Below are positions 27,986-29,929 of a stretch of DNA of 29,929 nt, in pieces. Within the stretch, counting starts at the first letter, position 1. Every line of letters begins with the position of its first letter. Under the pieces are notes generated by a model, which worked only from the letters and a program-made list of their open reading frames with translations, was not told where the DNA came from and ran no database searches. The translations under genes and the position numbers were made by a program. Source of the stretch: Candidatus Odinarchaeia archaeon (lineage in GTDB: Archaea > Asgardarchaeota > Odinarchaeia > Odinarchaeales > Odinarchaeaceae); assembly GCA_029856525.1 (NCBI GenBank), contig JAHQXC010000006.1:1-29929 (forward strand), given 5' to 3'.

Positions 27986-29365
27986 TTAACTGTTTATTGA
28001 TTTATCTGGGAATCTATCACTCACCCATTTAGCTACTTTAGTTATGGTCTCCTCCACGTTCACTGTTCTAACCGTTTTTTCTTCGACTATGAAACGGCCG
28101 TTAACTATTAAACTATCCACGTCACTTGATTTTAAAGCATAAACAAGCTGGCTGAATTCATTATATAATGGGTTAGCGTGAGGCTTAGATAAGTCTATGA
28201 TTAATAAGTCTGCTTTTTTACCTTTTTCAATACTGCCTATCTCACTATCCCAGCCGAGTGTTTTAGCAGCGTTAATCGTAGCCATTTTAATAACTTCTGT
28301 AGCAGGTAAAACCGTAGGGTTTAAACTTACACCTTTATGAAGCAGCGCGGTGATCTTAACAGTTTCAAACATATCCAGACTATTATTAGAACACGGACCG
28401 TCTGTTCCCAGAGACACATTAATATTATTACTTAAAAGTTTAGGCAATGGACTTATACCCGAGGCGAGTTTTAAATTACTAACAGGATTGTGAACTACGC
28501 TAATAGATTTTTCACGTATTAAACTAATATCTTTATCAGTGAGGTGAACACAATGAGCTGCTATAATCTGATCGTCTAAAACGTTTAAATGGTTAAGATA
28601 GTCGAATACACCGTCATAATTCTCGTCGACTAATTTTTTAATCTCAGGGTTCTCAGATGAACCGAACGATTCTCTCATCTTAACTAATTCATCAGCTGTT
28701 TCAGCTGTATGAATATGCCATTTAATAGGGGCGGTGGGGGAGCCGAACTTATCGTTAAGATCTTTTTTCAATTCATGAAGCTCTTTTAAATAAACAGGGT
28801 CCACTGTATATATTGAATGCGGGTCCACGGTAACCCTTATAAGCCCATTTTTAGAGTTATGCCATTTTCTAACTAAATTAAATGTTATCGAGCGGTCCTG
28901 TTTTTTATTATTAGAGAAGCATACATGTCCTACAACTCCTCTTAACCCGGCTTGAGAGATAGCTTCAGCCTCCTTATCCATGAAGTAGTACATGGTGTTT
29001 AAACAGGAAACACCGGATAAAGCGCTCTCCACCACGGCTAGTTTAGTTCCAAGATATATATCTTCAGGTGTTAAAGTTTTTTCAACTGGGAAAATCCATT
29101 TAGTTAACCATTCGAATAAAGGTAAATCATCAGCATAGCCTCTCAGCAATGTCATCGAAGCGTGAGTGTGACAGTTTATAAGCGGTGGCATAATTATCTT
29201 ATTTTCACAATCGAATCTCTCGTAACCATGGTACTTATACTTTAACTCCGAGTATTTCCCAACGTCAACTATACGATCATCCTCGACGACTACACATCCT
29301 TCCCGTATAACAGTATTCGCCGAGTTCATTGTGAGAACGATGCCGTTGAAGAATATGCAGTTCAA
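27986..29365 (-). CDS. mtaD: 5'-methylthioadenosine/S-adenosylhomocysteine deaminase (amidohydrolase, MtaD/DadD-like)
   Basis: NCHTH, HIHTAET, AAHCVH, HNPVSNLKLASG, LGTDG..SNNSLDMF, GSIEKGKKAD. Confidence 0.85.
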   Translation of the reverse strand: MNCIFFNGIVLTMNSANTVIREGCVVVEDDRIVDVGKYSELKYKYHGYERFDCENKIIMPPLINCHTHASMTLLRGYADDLPLFEWLTKWIFPVEKTLTPEDIYLGTKLAVVESALSGVSCLNTMYYFMDKEAEAISQAGLRGVVGHVCFSNNKKQDRSITFNLVRKWHNSKNGLIRVTVDPHSIYTVDPVYLKELHELKKDLNDKFGSPTAPIKWHIHTAETADELVKMRESFGSSENPEIKKLVDENYDGVFDYLNHLNVLDDQIIAAHCVHLTDKDISLIREKSISVVHNPVSNLKLASGISPLPKLLSNNINVSLGTDGPCSNNSLDMFETVKITALLHKGVSLNPTVLPATEVIKMATINAAKTLGWDSEIGSIEKGKKADLLIIDLSKPHANPLYNEFSQLVYALKSSDVDSLIVNGRFIVEEKTVRTVNVEETITKVAKWVSDRFPDKSINS

Positions 29366-29413
29366 TCTACTTCACCGTTGCAGAAACTGCTAATAAAATA
29401 TTATCGTACTTTA

Positions 29414-29644
29414 TCATTCCTTCTTATCTGAAAGCCACCATTTCAAATAATCTTTTCTTCTCCTTCTCTTCTCCTCCTCAGAATTAATATCAGAGTAAAG
29501 TTTACTCCTCTGCTCTAGTATGATTCTATCTCTATCCTCAGAGGTTAAAGCTAAGCCGCAGCGTGTGCAAACATACATATGAAGATTACGGTCGAATCGC
29601 ATTTCACCGGCACATTCAGGACATTTCAAATACGACACCAACAT
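29414..29644 (-). CDS. Small CxxC-CxxC zinc-ribbon protein with charged C-terminal helix
   Basis: CPECAGEM...YVCTRCG...EEEKRRRRKDYLKWWLS; ATG with a TATA-like TTTTATAAT about 25 nt upstream. Confidence 0.8.
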   Translation of the reverse strand: MLVSYLKCPECAGEMRFDRNLHMYVCTRCGLALTSEDRDRIILEQRSKLYSDINSEEEKRRRRKDYLKWWLSDKKE

Positions 29645-29806
29645 ATTTTATTTAATTTAATATTATAAAAGAGTATCTTGAACAGGTGGAATTCTTTAAA
29701 ACTAAGTATCAGATAGATCTTCTTAAAAATATTAATTTAACAAAGCGAGCTGGCCTCCGTCTTAAGATGAAATAAGCTAATAAAGTTTTATATAAAGTGT
29801 TCTCAT

Positions 29807-29929
29807 GTGAGCTACTCCTCGACTAAAGTCGGGAGCTTCCAGCGTTCGTCTGAGGCTTTACGCCTTCAGTTACACGTGCTGGTTCGCGGGGCTCACAGCT
29901 CCGCCATCCCATGCCTCTCATTAAGGCAT
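29807..29929 (-). mobile_element. Right end (RE) of an IS200/IS605-family (tnpB) element; body lies beyond the right window edge
   Basis: Minus strand GAAG-CTCCCGAC-TTTA-GTCGAGGAG-TAGC-TCAC: guide tetranucleotide GAAG, imperfect hairpin with a C-TTTA-G loop, and terminal TCAC, as predicted by the family GR/CR rule. Confidence 0.88.
29823..29929 (-). CDS. Putative C-terminal tail of TnpB (partial, truncated by window edge)
   Basis: Open frame ALMRGMGWRSCEPREPARVTEGVKPQTNAGSSRL* ends inside the RE hairpin, the usual arrangement for tnpB. No RuvC or Zn motif is visible in the window. Confidence 0.5.
   Translation of the reverse strand, partial: ALMRGMGWRSCEPREPARVTEGVKPQTNAGSSRL

Larger units (their letters stand above)
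29787..29929 (-). ncRNA. Putative TnpB omega-RNA (reRNA): scaffold 29929-29807 plus flank-derived guide of about 16-20 nt
   Basis: GC-rich, multi-hairpin sequence (ATGCCT/AGGCAT; CCAGC...GCTGG enclosing a CTGA(A)GGC/GCCTCAG stem; RE hairpin) ending at TCAC. By family rule the guide starts ATGAGAACACTTTATAT. Confidence 0.65.

Noticed and set aside
1-29929. CRISPR array or cas genes
   Set aside because: No regularly spaced 24-48 nt repeats and no Cas-like ORFs seen; intergenic gaps are too short.

Overview
AT-rich archaeal chromosomal segment (about 35-40% GC by eye, not computed), made up almost entirely of housekeeping genes. Contents: a translation and ribosome-biogenesis cluster (nep1, rnp4, yhbY, rps19e, PDCD5-like, rpl39e, rpl31e, eif6, pfdA, ftsY); argF; dtdA-ftsZ-secE-spt5-rpl11-rpl1-rpl10-rpl12-alaS; three tRNAs (Phe with a variable-loop intron, Gly, Arg); several SAM-dependent methyltransferases with ahcY and an MTA/SAH deaminase; a ModE/Mop pair; and an isolated ftr. 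FtsZ together with a tail-less P0 and a non-canonical tRNA intron points to a TACK/Asgard-side lineage, possibly Odinarchaeia-like; this is inference only. The most notable signals are non-coding. Both edges run into IS200/IS605-family ends on the minus strand: a left end at 1-71, and a right end with a putative tnpB tail and omega-RNA at 29807-29929. Their guide and cleavage tetranucleotides obey the family pairing rule and predict a TTTAT TAM. A PUA-NSUN RNA methyltransferase gene is broken by one extra base at UUU_CGC_CGC_UGA, a possible +1 frameshift site. No CRISPR array or rRNA was seen. Two small real genes (rpl39e, secE) are missing from the supplied ORF track.
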